From a virus (lineage: Duplodnaviria; Heunggongvirae; Uroviricota; Caudoviricetes), in the IMG/VR virus record IMGVR_UViG_2883489344_000002: a stretch of 64,000 bases of DNA. One strand, written 5' to 3'. The notes beneath the pieces were generated by a model. The model was not told the DNA's origin. It made no database searches and saw only the letters and a program-made list of their open reading frames with translations. Shown here in pieces: positions 28,403 to 38,777 of the stretch. How positions within the stretch are numbered: position 1 is the first letter of the stretch; each line of letters starts with the position of its first letter. The position numbers were made by a program, and so were the translations under genes.

Positions 28403-28586
28403 CAGGCCACCAGCCGGGATGATGCATGGAAAAGGAGGGAGGCCATCAGCATAGAGCTGGTGGCCAGGGCAAAGCGGATTTTGGGGCTGGAAAATATCAT
28501 GGATTAACGCAAAACCTAAATTGGGGACAAAGATTTTAGGATGGGCGTCTACGTTAATCCAGAGATATTTTAGGATTGGCGTCTAT

Positions 28587-29081
28587 TTAGGGTGCGATTG
28601 CGCTTTCTTCCGGCAAAACAGCGGGTTGTTGCTGCTCTGCCTGCTGCTCACCCAGGAAAAGAGTACGCGGCACATGCACCATCTGCCCCTTCACCACCGG
28701 TGGGAATTGCTTATTTTCGATAGCATCCACCAGCATATCCCAGGCCTCGATCGCGGCCTCGCTGTTGCTGTCGCGTACCAGCTTCACAGTGATTTCACCA
28801 GGGCGGTCGGCACCGATCACATCAACGCCCATGGCCAAGCGAATGCCGGCATCGTTCGCCAGGTCTGGCAGGCTATACACGTTGAGCTGGTTATCCAGAT
28901 CAAACGCCAGAGCGAGGCCGGTGGCCACAACCATGCTGGCCGGGGAGTCCTTGGATCGCTCTTTACGGGAAATCAGGCGATGGCCAGACAGCTGGAAGCA
29001 TGGAGAAGCCTCGCTGGTGATGATCGGTGCCGGAGAATCAGAGAAAAGGTGCTTAACTTGGGCAAGAATGCTTTGGGACAT
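28587..29081 (-). CDS. hypothetical protein (164 aa)
   Basis: ORF. Confidence 0.4.
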   Translation of the reverse strand: MSQSILAQVKHLFSDSPAPIITSEASPCFQLSGHRLISRKERSKDSPASMVVATGLALAFDLDNQLNVYSLPDLANDAGIRLAMGVDVIGADRPGEITVKLVRDSNSEAAIEAWDMLVDAIENKQFPPVVKGQMVHVPRTLFLGEQQAEQQQPAVLPEESAIAP

Positions 29082-29183
29082 GGGTTTCCTTTATTGATCA
29101 AGGTCAATGTTTGCTATAGGATCTGCGCGCTTTCAATTTTTTGATAGATTGCGAGAGCACTACAGCCCCTCCGGGGGCTGTTT

Positions 29184-29630
29184 TTACATCTGCTGCCATA
29201 TTTCCCCTGTATCCACGCACACAAAGCCATGACACCGCCTGTCGTAGACATCCTTGTAAGGGATGGCTGAAGGTGATTGCTGCTCATGCCAATGCTGATG
29301 GCCAGCCAGGAACGCGACCGGGCAGGAGTGATAGGCGCTATAGTCCGTCCCTTCACTACGCGATGCAGCCCGGGCACCGTCAAACCAGCCGGCCAGCACG
29401 TCAAAGCGCTCCACCAGCTGGACGGTGAAGTCATCTTCATCACCGAGGAGGCGCACTATACCCATCTTGGATAATTGTTCCAGAACCCTCCCGTCGCCCA
29501 CGATGTCATCCCCGCTGTAATTACCGGCATCATCCACGTAGGAGAAATGCGTATAGGGCGTAGGGCTGTCAATGTGATGGGCGCGGGCAACGGCCGTGAA
29601 AAACTTCATCATGCGGCGTGAGACTTTCAT
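29184..29630 (-). CDS. hypothetical protein (148 aa from MKVSRR start)
   Basis: AAGGA SD 7 nt upstream of the internal ATG. Confidence 0.4.
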   Translation of the reverse strand: MKVSRRMMKFFTAVARAHHIDSPTPYTHFSYVDDAGNYSGDDIVGDGRVLEQLSKMGIVRLLGDEDDFTVQLVERFDVLAGWFDGARAASRSEGTDYSAYHSCPVAFLAGHQHWHEQQSPSAIPYKDVYDRRCHGFVCVDTGEIWQQM

Positions 29631-29713
29631 GGTGGCATCCTTATCGTTGGGTAGGTGCATAGCAAAAGCGCCCTCTAAGGGGCGCTGTGGGCTTTTGACT
29701 TGGTGAGGCCGCC

Positions 29714-30058
29714 TTACAAGGGCATACGCAGCCTATACCCTGAGAGCTTACATGCGGCCACCACAAACTGTGCCGCCAACTCATTTTCCTGTGGAGTTGC
29801 ATCACGAGAAGAAAGCTTCAGGTGGGCAGCGATATCAGCAGTGACCTTACGCTCGATATAGGCCTCATTCACTTCATTGAAGTAAGCCTGCTGAGATGGC
29901 TGGGTACGGAATTTAAACCCTCCTGCCAGCATCATGTGCGCCAAGATAGTTAACATGTAGGCAAAGATTGTCAGCCCAATATCGCCATATAGGGTAAGCG
30001 CAATAGAGCACAGCATCAGGCCATTGAATAGCTTGTGGTGCGTAGACATATGGAACAT
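29714..30058 (-). CDS. small membrane protein (114 aa)
   Basis: Two predicted TM segments. Confidence 0.4.
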   Translation of the reverse strand: MFHMSTHHKLFNGLMLCSIALTLYGDIGLTIFAYMLTILAHMMLAGGFKFRTQPSQQAYFNEVNEAYIERKVTADIAAHLKLSSRDATPQENELAAQFVVAACKLSGYRLRMPL

Positions 30059-30116
30059 AGAAATCCCTGGAAGGCCGGGTAAAGCCCGGAAAAATTAAAA
30101 GTGAGCGCCAGGCGCG

Positions 30117-30437
30117 TCACCGGGTGCGCCGGCGCTCCAGCTGGTGGACGCGGGTTGCCACCTGTGATGCTGGGGCGCTAAATACGCGGTTAATTGCTTC
30201 AATGATATGCCCCTCAGAGCGCTGGATGTCATTCACGATCTGCTGGGCGGTATGCTCATCTGCTGCCTCAACAAACTGGGCGGCCTCTTGCGGGTTGGCC
30301 ATCAACTTATCGAGCGTCATATCCCTGATCGGCGCACCGGATGGGAATATCAGGGTGCAAGCGACAACCGCGCGGCCGTCACGCACCCCACTGCGCAAAT
30401 GAACCTTTATCCCGTCAACCACCAGCACTTTTGCCAT
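30117..30437 (-). CDS. hypothetical protein (106 aa from MAKVLVV start)
   Basis: AGAGGA SD upstream of the internal ATG. Confidence 0.4.
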   Translation of the reverse strand: MAKVLVVDGIKVHLRSGVRDGRAVVACTLIFPSGAPIRDMTLDKLMANPQEAAQFVEAADEHTAQQIVNDIQRSEGHIIEAINRVFSAPASQVATRVHQLERRRTR

Positions 30438-30534
30438 AAATTCCTCTGGGGCTAACACGAAGTGAATCAGGTGGTGATTCACGGTGATTCATTTTGAATC
30501 ACGAAATAAAACACGTTTTAGTATAGGGGTATCT

Positions 30535-30900
30535 TTAGTCTTGCGTCCAGAACACCACATCTTTGGGCGGGGACAGCGGCGTTTCTTCGAACCGTAAATA
30601 AGTGCCGATACTTATGCCTTCTTTTGTCAACTGGCAAAGCGGCGGTGCCTTGGGATTGTCCGGCTCCGAATGGATGATCTGGACAGCACCGCGCTTAACT
30701 AAGCGACATAGAGAATTCCTGAAATTGCTCAATGTGAGCGATTTTTTGTGCATTTTTTTCAGGTATCTCGGCCTAACTTGCAAGTAAAGGGCGGATAGAT
30801 GAATTTGGCAGTGCTTACCTTTACGGAGGCTTCCGTTACAGTGTTGCTCTGCCAAATAAGACAGCGTGACCTTTTGCAAGATCGAAAACTCTCTTGGCAT
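30535..30900 (-). CDS. hypothetical protein
   Basis: ORF immediately downstream of the recombinase gene. The start is uncertain. Confidence 0.3.
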   Translation of the reverse strand: MPREFSILQKVTLSYLAEQHCNGSLRKGKHCQIHLSALYLQVRPRYLKKMHKKSLTLSNFRNSLCRLVKRGAVQIIHSEPDNPKAPPLCQLTKEGISIGTYLRFEETPLSPPKDVVFWTQD

Positions 30901-30956
30901 GGGGATGACCTTATTGTTCTTCTTTCTTTTTCTTTTGGGCGTCTTGTGGCGTTATC

Positions 30957-32036
30957 TCAGCGAAACATACGCAACATGATGCTGTTATCTGCCTCCAAAT
31001 GTCTGATGTAGCCCATAACCTGCTTAGGCGTCTTCCAGGTGCCCTCATGCATAATCTGGGGAAGGGATGCACCACTTTTGGCCATGTCCTGCGCCGCCCC
31101 TACGCGGGGGCTGTGCCCAGTCCACGTGCGATAGCGCTTGGTAGACTTTCCGTCCTGGGTGCCATAGAGCGCTGACCAAGCATCAGAGAAAATCTTCTCA
31201 ATTGCACGGTGAGTAAGGGGATTTTTGGTTTGACGGAGTTTGTTGTAGCGGTCAACACCGCAAAAAACAAAGGCGTCAGGCTGATCGGCCAGGCCAGACA
31301 TTTCGAGCCAGTTGACCAGCCACTCAGTGACGATTGGAGCCAATTTCTTAATGACGCCGTACCCATCGATGATGGTTTTGGTGTGCTTGACTAGCAGAAT
31401 AGCGGTGCCGTCAGGGGAGAACGTCACATCACGAACACGTAAGCGGGAGATCTCCGCAATGCGCAGCAGAGTAATGTAGGAGATACCGATGAAAGCCAGA
31501 TTCCGGCGTTGGTAAAGGCGGGTATTGGACTCCCACGCGGCAGCTACCTTGAGCAATTCCTCTCGGTGCAGCGGAATAGCCTGGCCGATCATCTCACCTT
31601 TTAGGACAGACGTTCTGCGGATTTTACGCATCCCACGATCAACGGAGCGCACGTCATCAGGGCGCAGCAAGCCGGCCTCGGCGTGAATTTTGTTAATCAT
31701 GGTCTTGTGCTGTGCCACTGTGGAGGTGGCACGGCCAAGCTCCTCTTTCAAATAGAAGAGGTAATCACGCACATCATCATAGTCAGCGGGGAGCCACACT
31801 TTGCCGCGCTCGTCACACCAGCGCGCCCAGCTCCGCAATACCGAGAGCATCTGATCCCAGGTATTTTTGGCAAACGCATCCTTGTCGGCTAAGAACCGGC
31901 GAAGATGATCGGCTACCCGCTCATCGAAACTTGCCGCGTTTAATGAAGGAAGGTCACGTGGATTCACCTTCTTCGGAGTCATTTTCGTCATCGATTTTCC
32001 TATGTCGTTTGCAGATTTTGTAATCTGGATGCTCAT
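30957..32036 (-). CDS. cre: Cre-like tyrosine site-specific recombinase
   Basis: Collinear similarity to P1 Cre, including AFxxxTW, VRDYLxYL, NLAFxGIxYxTLLRIAEIxRxRVxDx, GHSxRVGAAxDMAxxGxSxPxIMxxGxW and MxYIR with the catalytic Tyr. The start codon is uncertain (32036, 31991 or 31982). Confidence 0.75.
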   Translation of the reverse strand: MSIQITKSANDIGKSMTKMTPKKVNPRDLPSLNAASFDERVADHLRRFLADKDAFAKNTWDQMLSVLRSWARWCDERGKVWLPADYDDVRDYLFYLKEELGRATSTVAQHKTMINKIHAEAGLLRPDDVRSVDRGMRKIRRTSVLKGEMIGQAIPLHREELLKVAAAWESNTRLYQRRNLAFIGISYITLLRIAEISRLRVRDVTFSPDGTAILLVKHTKTIIDGYGVIKKLAPIVTEWLVNWLEMSGLADQPDAFVFCGVDRYNKLRQTKNPLTHRAIEKIFSDAWSALYGTQDGKSTKRYRTWTGHSPRVGAAQDMAKSGASLPQIMHEGTWKTPKQVMGYIRHLEADNSIMLRMFR

Positions 32037-32283
32037 CTTTCAGGAGCAACCCGATTTCTTCAGCCGTAAACGGCCGCTTAGCGTTTCTATCGTGCAATTG
32101 AAGGTCCGGGTGCATATCCGCAAGGAGAAGAAGGAACTCAAACTCACTAGAGGCCATAGGCCGATGGTCATGTTCCTTCTTTATCCAGCCGCCAACGGAG
32201 TAGCCAAATCGTTCGGCCATCTCTGCTTGCGTCTTGCCTAGCTTTATGCGGGCTGCCTTAACCATTTTACCGGTCGGTTGCAT
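31954..32283 (-). CDS. XRE-family HTH regulator upstream of cre (109 aa)
   Basis: Canonical HTH LGKTQAEMAERFGYSVGGWIK. It overlaps the annotated cre 5' end. Confidence 0.5.
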   Translation of the reverse strand: MQPTGKMVKAARIKLGKTQAEMAERFGYSVGGWIKKEHDHRPMASSEFEFLLLLADMHPDLQLHDRNAKRPFTAEEIGLLLKDEHPDYKICKRHRKIDDENDSEEGEST

Positions 32284-32659
32284 AAAAATGCTCCTGCAAC
32301 TATCCCGCCCGGGATAGTGATTTTATAGTGGTCTGGGTTAAATACAACGCTAATCCCAAAATTAACTGGTAAACCGGTTTATGAGCGTGGGACTAACGTT
32401 TGGTGCTTCTACGCTAAAAATGCACAGGGATTACCCACAATCTGATTAATTTTTCACGTAACGCTACCAAGTCTGATCTTCAAGTTATGGCTCATGCTGA
32501 TAGCTAAAAACGCCTGCATATACGACGAGATTGGGATGAGATGTCGCTCTGAGTATCGGTTTCATAGTGTGCCAACCCCTAAAGTTAAAAGCCTGCTAAT
32601 TTCGTAAGGAAAACGTCACAGGACTGAAACGGCTTTGCTAAACCGTAAAGTACCAAATG

Positions 32660-32699
32660 TTGTCAGGTATATATATGGGTAGTTATATATACCTGACAA
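32660..32699. promoter_or_regulatory. lox-like recombination site: 16-bp perfect inverted repeats flanking an 8-bp asymmetric spacer
   Basis: TTGTCAGGTATATATA-TGGGTAGT-TATATATACCTGACAA. Same architecture as loxP (13-8-13). It lies in a roughly 650-bp non-coding region upstream of cre. Confidence 0.6.
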
Positions 32700-32942
32700 T
32701 TTTGTAAGGGGGTAAGCATATTCGATTTATTGTTATCTCACCAGAGACCTATTCCGTTAAGTTATTATTACCATGATCAATATCACCAATGGTATCAGTT
32801 CCATAATTGTCGAAAAAGCCCGCAATTCAGCACTATTTTCAGTTTCTGATACCGGTAACCTTCCCCGTCACAATGGGCTAGTGGTATATAGGGATTGTCC
32901 GAAAACGATAGTGGATTGGAAATTTTTTGCAGGGTTAGAGCA

Positions 32943-33155
32943 ATGACACGTAACACCATTTTACCTTTAGTGAATGACATTACATTAGCCGCCAAAGAGC
33001 TTGGGCTTGTAACCTTGGCAACACCTGCCAATATGGAAATCATCGTGCAACACTTCGCTATGACGCTCTCAACCCCCGCTCCTGGCACAAAACGTGTCTC
33101 CATCAAAGAACTCCGCCGATACTTAAAGCAAACCATTTACTACTGTATTTTGTGA
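32943..33155 (+). CDS. Coi-like small protein (70 aa) upstream of c1
   Basis: The size and position match P1 coi. Its start overlaps an ATTGCTCTAA C1-operator-like half-site on the minus strand. Confidence 0.35.
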   Translation: MTRNTILPLVNDITLAAKELGLVTLATPANMEIIVQHFAMTLSTPAPGTKRVSIKELRRYLKQTIYYCIL

Positions 33156-33318
33156 CCCAGTTGTTCATAGAGTGCTCGTGTCCCACATATAGGACAAGTT
33201 TGTCCAGTTATGAGACATTTTTGTCCGGGTATTGTGTAACGGCTAGTAGACCTATACTAAAATAATGTTTATTTTAAGCTGTCGGCGCTATGCCGGCCTT
33301 GAAAGAGACATTTTGTTG

Positions 33319-34197
33319 ATGAAAAAAATCCAGCGTGTAGAGAAACTATACAAAGAATTCTTGAGCTTCCGGGAGAGGTTCTTAAAAGAGGCCATGGAGT
33401 TGGCCACCGTCACCCAAACCGCCATTCTTACCGGTGAGGCTTATCGTCCCATCGTCATCGTCCCACCTGAGAAATTCTTGCAGTTTGAAAGTGATATAGA
33501 ACTTTGGGCTAAATACGCCTTCAATTTGGAGCAGCTGGCGACTGACGTTAAGCAATTTGGTGCGGCTAAACGCTTGTTTTACCCCTTCCCCAAGCTGATC
33601 ACCAATGCCAGCAACGTGACCTACTATACTAACGAGGCTTCAGCCCAGCAGACGCGCACCGTCAAAGCTGCATTGCGCCAGCTCACTGTAGCCGTCCGTT
33701 CTGCCCGCACCCACCAGCCCCCTGAGCAGCTCGAGCAAGTGCTCGATGGTTTGAATAAAGACCGAGAAATTCTCTCATCCCTTCCCCCTGAAACCGTGCT
33801 TATCTGCCGGCGCACAGGCTATAACGACCTGTATTGCAGCTATGAAACGCCGGATGCATCTGGGCGCGTTGTTACCCGAGTTTCAAGCAATGGCGCATTC
33901 TTTGATGGCCGTGAAGTGACAGAGATCAAACTTGCTGAAAAGGCGCAGACCAATAAAACCTCTTTCTATGACCAGCTGACCCCGCTCCCCATTAAGATGT
34001 ATGGTGGCTGCAAGGTCTATCTGGAACATGAGGCTAAGGCCTTAAAAGAGCATTTGAAAGGAACAAAGCAAGAGCGTCGCATTCAATCCAGAGTAAAGCG
34101 CGCCGCTAAGCAGGCCGCCGAACGAGCCGCTGCCAGGCGCGCCCGAGAAGAAGCCGAGGCTGCCGCCCCCACGCCACCCGTCAACGATATTGAGTAG
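33319..34197 (+). CDS. c1: C1-type immunity repressor
   Basis: The N-terminus IQRVEKLYKEFLSFRERFLKEA aligns with P1 C1 (VYGEQLYQEFVSFRDLFLKKA). 292 aa versus 283 aa in P1. Confidence 0.65.
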   Translation: MKKIQRVEKLYKEFLSFRERFLKEAMELATVTQTAILTGEAYRPIVIVPPEKFLQFESDIELWAKYAFNLEQLATDVKQFGAAKRLFYPFPKLITNASNVTYYTNEASAQQTRTVKAALRQLTVAVRSARTHQPPEQLEQVLDGLNKDREILSSLPPETVLICRRTGYNDLYCSYETPDASGRVVTRVSSNGAFFDGREVTEIKLAEKAQTNKTSFYDQLTPLPIKMYGGCKVYLEHEAKALKEHLKGTKQERRIQSRVKRAAKQAAERAAARRAREEAEAAAPTPPVNDIE

Positions 34198-34216
34198 CCA
34201 CCCACAGCTGGTGGCT

Positions 34217-35716
34217 TTAGCCATTAAGCCAATCCTCCGCTTCGCTTCTGCGACCCTCATCAGCCCGACTCAATACCTCACTGGCCGGCACATAGTCCGC
34301 TAACTGGGTAAAGCAGTAGACATCCCATCGGTCGGGCGACTTCAGGTTAAGCTTCAACCTCATTTGCTCCTTCTTCATGATCACCCATTGCCCTGCCTCA
34401 TTGAGGAAGGCCGGGATCTTGCTGGCCTGGTCAGCTGTCTTGGCATCAGGGTCAAGTCTCATGCGCCCCTGGCGCACTGCGTTAGCCGCCAGTACGTTGG
34501 CATAGGCGCGCTGGTTGACATAGTGCCGCTTTAGCGCCTCATTGTGCATACGCTTACCCCAACGAATGCGCTGGGCAAACACCCCGTGCTTTTCCTCCAG
34601 CACGTCGGCCGTAGTAGCACCGATCCCGTCGCCATCGATGGCAATGGAGATATTGGGATACTTGTCATGGGTGCACTCGCTGAAGATGACATCAGCGAAA
34701 CGTGACGGTGTAACGGTAGATTCCATCTCATAGACAATATGCGGCACCACCCGGCGATGTTTGCCATATCCAGACACCCGGAAAATACCCAACACGGACT
34801 TGTCTCGACCGTTCCCCACGTCACAGCAGGCCAGCCAGCCCCAGCCCTTGGCCAGCGGCACACGCCGGCGCATGGCGCGCTCACACACATCACGCCCCAG
34901 TAGATAGCCAGAAAGCGAGGTCGGAAACTCCCCGCGTACCTTGATCAGGTATTCAGGGCTTTCGCGGCCGCCATAATCCATCAGCTTCTCAGCAATGAAC
35001 CGGAGGGTAACCAGGGGGCTTTCCTCAGAGTTGAGCTTAATGGCGGTGTAGATACCCTTGGGGTTCTCTGGGGTCTTGGCCAGGCGGTGATGAGAATCGT
35101 AAAACTCGCCGCTGGTTCGCGTGGGCTGGGAGATCAGCAGTAGGCGGTTATCCTCCTGGGTCAGTGCGCCTTTGATGAAGCCAAATGCCTTGTCAGAGAC
35201 ACCTGACGCCTCATCGATAATGTAGAGCATGTGATCAGCGTGCTCACCGGCCAGCGCCTCCTCATTGCCCAGACGGAAGCCCTTGGGCACCACTTCCCAG
35301 CTGCCCTTTGAGCCGTTCGCAAAGAACTGCATATCAGTTAGCGTGAAGTATTGCGCCAGCCACGGGAAGTTTTTGAGTGCAACTTTCCAGTTTTGCTTAA
35401 GGTACTTAAAAATACCCGTCTTGACCTGCTGTAGCTTGTTTGCTATCAGGATAACGCGGGCTTCAGGGAAGAAAATCATGTAGCAGAGGATCATGATAGA
35501 GGTCATGTCGGACTTACCCGTACCGTGTCCTGACGACACTGAGGTACGGCTACCGTGCTCCTGCACGGCCTCTATAATCATCTCCTGCTGCCAAGTTGGG
35601 GTTTTCCCAAATATCACTTCGGCGGCGGTGATCCAGTCATACCGATACATCACGACCAACCGTTGCCAGCGCGGGTCATCCAAGACCGGCGATCGCAACT
35701 TAGTGCTGGTGGCCAT
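34217..35716 (-). CDS. terminase large subunit (PacB-like)
   Basis: Walker A SGHGTGKS. Walker [11 protein letters not shown]-terminal nuclease-like IAIDGDGIG. Confidence 0.75.
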   Translation of the reverse strand: MATSTKLRSPVLDDPRWQRLVVMYRYDWITAAEVIFGKTPTWQQEMIIEAVQEHGSRTSVSSGHGTGKSDMTSIMILCYMIFFPEARVILIANKLQQVKTGIFKYLKQNWKVALKNFPWLAQYFTLTDMQFFANGSKGSWEVVPKGFRLGNEEALAGEHADHMLYIIDEASGVSDKAFGFIKGALTQEDNRLLLISQPTRTSGEFYDSHHRLAKTPENPKGIYTAIKLNSEESPLVTLRFIAEKLMDYGGRESPEYLIKVRGEFPTSLSGYLLGRDVCERAMRRRVPLAKGWGWLACCDVGNGRDKSVLGIFRVSGYGKHRRVVPHIVYEMESTVTPSRFADVIFSECTHDKYPNISIAIDGDGIGATTADVLEEKHGVFAQRIRWGKRMHNEALKRHYVNQRAYANVLAANAVRQGRMRLDPDAKTADQASKIPAFLNEAGQWVIMKKEQMRLKLNLKSPDRWDVYCFTQLADYVPASEVLSRADEGRRSEAEDWLNG

Positions 35717-36941
35717 CTATTTCATCATCTCCAAAAAGCAGTTGGTTAATGTCGTCGTCTGGTTCTTCATCGTCAGCAAAGCCAACCGACAGGTTTAAAT
35801 CGTTAAGGCTCCCATCCGCTGCCACGTCACCGTGGCCACCCTCATCGACCAGCTGGTTAACGGCCTCCCGCTTACCGGCCAAGTCTTCATCCAGGGCGGC
35901 CAGGCGCGCAGCGCGCATCTCCCGGGCTTGCTTGTCCAGCTCCATCAAATCGATGGGCACAGCTTGAATGTCATTGGTGGCGGACTGCTTGATCTCATGG
36001 CGCGCCAGCTCCAGCAGCAGGGAGGGCACCTTGTCGCCGTGTGACTCAATCATGATTGCGGTATCGAGGGCGCTGCGGCCGTGTGCCTGACGCTCCTGGT
36101 AGGCTTGCTGGATGCGCTCCGGCTCCTGGAGCTTGCGTAGGTGTTTTTCCTGCTCTCGCTGCTCCCGGGCGTAGCTCTGGCGTATGCCGGCCATGGTGCG
36201 GGCAGCGTCATTGATTGCGCCGGCGGCAGCGGTTACCACGGAAAGGGCTTTAACTAAAGGGGGCTGGCCACCTTCATCGCCTTCTGGTGCCGGCTGTGAA
36301 TCTAGGAACTCCAGCAGCTCTATGCTGATGCGCTCTATCTTGAAGAGATTGACGAGGCTTTTTTCAATCACGATAGCCTCAAGGGCATCAACGCCGGCAG
36401 CGGCCAGCAGCTCCTGTGCTCGGGCTACATCCTCCTCCGCTGGCGCGGTGCCCATCAGTAACTGACCGCCCTTCTTAGTCTGGTCTGACACACGCCCGGA
36501 CTTTGTGCGGCCGGCAACGGCCGTGATCACTTCGCCAACAAGCACAGCAGCAGGTGTCGGCACATCACTGAGGGCGCTGCCCCCGGTGCCGTTTTTAATC
36601 TGTGCGCTTAGCTCCCTGATTTTGCTGGTTTTCTCTGAAGCGGTGATCACACTGCGTTGATCACTGGCGTGATCATCTTTATTGGCGTGATCATTTGATC
36701 GTGGGGAAGACTTTGATCGCTGGGATGATCGCGGAACTGATCGCGCGGGGCTGGCCTGTGGCTTTTCTTTGGCAACGACGCTATCACCGGCACCCAGGTA
36801 ACGGCGGGCAGTGTTGGGGTTTAGTCCATACAATTCAGCATATTGCTTAATGCTGATGTCCTGCTTTGCCCGCATCTGGGCGAAGCGCTCTCTATGCTCT
36901 CCCCAATCTGTCTTCACTGCGATCACCTTCAAAGTTGCCAA
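35700..36941 (-). CDS. terminase small subunit (PacA-like) containing the pac site
   Basis: N-terminal [24 protein letters not shown]. Directly upstream of and overlapping terL. Confidence 0.6.
   Translation of the reverse strand: MATLKVIAVKTDWGEHRERFAQMRAKQDISIKQYAELYGLNPNTARRYLGAGDSVVAKEKPQASPARSVPRSSQRSKSSPRSNDHANKDDHASDQRSVITASEKTSKIRELSAQIKNGTGGSALSDVPTPAAVLVGEVITAVAGRTKSGRVSDQTKKGGQLLMGTAPAEEDVARAQELLAAAGVDALEAIVIEKSLVNLFKIERISIELLEFLDSQPAPEGDEGGQPPLVKALSVVTAAAGAINDAARTMAGIRQSYAREQREQEKHLRKLQEPERIQQAYQERQAHGRSALDTAIMIESHGDKVPSLLLELARHEIKQSATNDIQAVPIDLMELDKQAREMRAARLAALDEDLAGKREAVNQLVDEGGHGDVAADGSLNDLNLSVGFADDEEPDDDINQLLFGDDEIDGHQH
36644..36743. repeat. pac-site-like cluster of eight TGATCA/TGATCG hexamers (Dam sites) within the terS 5' region
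   Basis: Four TGATCA (36644, 36658, 36670, 36688) and four TGATCG (36696, 36714, 36726, 36738) in 100 bp. Confidence 0.65.
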
Positions 36942-37120
36942 TTTGATCGCAGTCTACTGATCGTTACATCTCATCCATCATCATCAGCGCCACCAATTTG
37001 GTTACCAAAATTATGACAAAAGGATACCAAAAGTTGATTTTACGTCCCGTTTCTGTATTATTGGCACCGCGTTAAGCAATCTATCAATCAATAAATCAGT
37101 AACTTAAGGAAAGCACGAAT

Positions 37121-38230
37121 ATGACAGCGAACAATCAAACCCCAGTCTTTGTGGCTATGGATGGCGGCTCAGGCAACATCTCTATGCGCTTCACTAACGA
37201 CAGGGGCGAGGTGATCAACATCATCACCCCATCTCTGGTGCGTAGAGGCCGCCTGCAACACGGCATGAATGAGTCAACCTCAACGTGGAAGACACAATCT
37301 GGTGAGCTGTTCTCTGTGACCGATGACGGCACAAGCATGGAATTGGTGAACACCTGCGATCCTGAATACCAGCTCAGCGATGCAAACCGCGTCCTGGTGC
37401 TCAACGCAGTGGCACAGGCAGGATTGGGCGGTCGCCCAGTGGTGATCGGTGACACCCTGCCGGCCGTGCAGTATTACGGTGGCAATGGCATTGACACCGC
37501 ACGTATTGAGGCCAAGCGCCGGAACCTCATGCAGCCCATCACCAACTATTCTGGTGAGTTGAAAGCGCCAATCGTTAAAAAAGTGCTGGTATTCCCCGAG
37601 GCGGTGACGGCTTACGTGTCCGCCAGCACCCTGCCAGATGGCTCAGAGCACCCTGAGTTTGAAGGCGTGAAGCGCAGCATCATCATTGACCTTGGCCGCT
37701 TCACGTGTGATATCGCCATTGTGAATGAGCACCTGAAAGTGCTTAGCTGCAAAACCACAGAGCACGGCATCCACGTGATGATTGACCGCCTTCACCTGCT
37801 GCTCCAGGAACACGCAGAGGAAATTGGCCTCACCAACGCGCATGAGATCCAAAAATCCGCCTTGGATGAAATCATCCGTCAAGGTTACATCGGCTCCCGC
37901 GCTGAATCCCGCAAGCACCTGCGCCGTGACATCACCAAATATGTAGAGCAGGCTGCCATGGAGCTGGCCACGCAGATCCGGGAAGATATCCGCTCTGTGC
38001 TGCATAACATGCTATCTATCGATATGTTGCTGTTCGTTGGGGGCGGGGCTAACTGGCTGGGTGGCAAGCTCAGCTATTTGCCGAACCTGGCGGAAGCATG
38101 GCACGACTTCGTTTTCGTGCCTGACCACCCTGAATTAGCCGTGACAGATGGCGTTCACATCCTCATGGAGCAGCGCAAGCCGCAGATCTTGCAAGAGCTG
38201 GCCATGACTGAATTAACCCCGGAGGCCTAA
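37121..38230 (+). CDS. parM: actin-like plasmid segregation ATPase (ParM/StbA family)
   Basis: N-terminal VFVAMDGGSGNI phosphate-1 motif and LLFVGGGANWLGG adenosine motif of the actin fold. 369 aa. Confidence 0.65.
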   Translation: MTANNQTPVFVAMDGGSGNISMRFTNDRGEVINIITPSLVRRGRLQHGMNESTSTWKTQSGELFSVTDDGTSMELVNTCDPEYQLSDANRVLVLNAVAQAGLGGRPVVIGDTLPAVQYYGGNGIDTARIEAKRRNLMQPITNYSGELKAPIVKKVLVFPEAVTAYVSASTLPDGSEHPEFEGVKRSIIIDLGRFTCDIAIVNEHLKVLSCKTTEHGIHVMIDRLHLLLQEHAEEIGLTNAHEIQKSALDEIIRQGYIGSRAESRKHLRRDITKYVEQAAMELATQIREDIRSVLHNMLSIDMLLFVGGGANWLGGKLSYLPNLAEAWHDFVFVPDHPELAVTDGVHILMEQRKPQILQELAMTELTPEA

Positions 38231-38231
38231 T

Positions 38232-38774
38232 ATGGCTGGCGACAACTCAAAAAGAGATAGCTTAAACTTTCGCATTACCGCTCAAACCCGGCAGTCGCCG
38301 GCGGCTGCTCGCTTCATTGATGAATTTCGTGAGAGCAGTGAGTACACCATCAAGCGCAGCAAGATAAACGCTGCCTTGCAGGCAGGCCAAATGCTAATGG
38401 AATGTGGGTTGTTGCCGGTCTTGAACTTCTTGGACACGCCGCAGTTTGCGCGAATGAGCGAACGTGAGCGCCAGCAAGTCTTTCTGGTGCGGTTGCAGCA
38501 GTATTTGGGGGATAACCCCCAGATTATGCAAGCGGAGGCTTCTGAGGTCGTACAGAAGGCTCTGGAGCCGGTGACCGCCCAGGCCACCAGCCCTGAACCA
38601 GTAAAAGCAGAAGAGCCGGCGCACGTGAGTGAACCAGCTCAAAGTAAGCAGGAGGCACCCGCAGCGCCACCAGCTGAAGCAGAAAAGGAAAGCACAGAGC
38701 CATCAGGGGGAAAGGCCAAGCCAGAAAACGCCCGTCTCAGTCGCTTTAGCGATGCCCTGAATGGCGGCTTCTAA
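38232..38774 (+). CDS. parR: ParR-like partition adaptor
   Basis: Immediately follows parM (2-nt gap). Small. Acidic, proline-rich C-terminal tail. Confidence 0.45.
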   Translation: MAGDNSKRDSLNFRITAQTRQSPAAARFIDEFRESSEYTIKRSKINAALQAGQMLMECGLLPVLNFLDTPQFARMSERERQQVFLVRLQQYLGDNPQIMQAEASEVVQKALEPVTAQATSPEPVKAEEPAHVSEPAQSKQEAPAAPPAEAEKESTEPSGGKAKPENARLSRFSDALNGGF

Positions 38775-38777
38775 CGT

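Noticed and set aside
30957-32283. Interpreting the recombinase plus HTH gene as a lambdoid int-xis with a flanking att site and host junction.
   Set aside because: The recombinase is collinear with Cre rather than lambda Int. Phage genes continue on both sides. A lox-like 16-8-16 site is present upstream. This fits plasmid-prophage dimer resolution rather than chromosomal integration.
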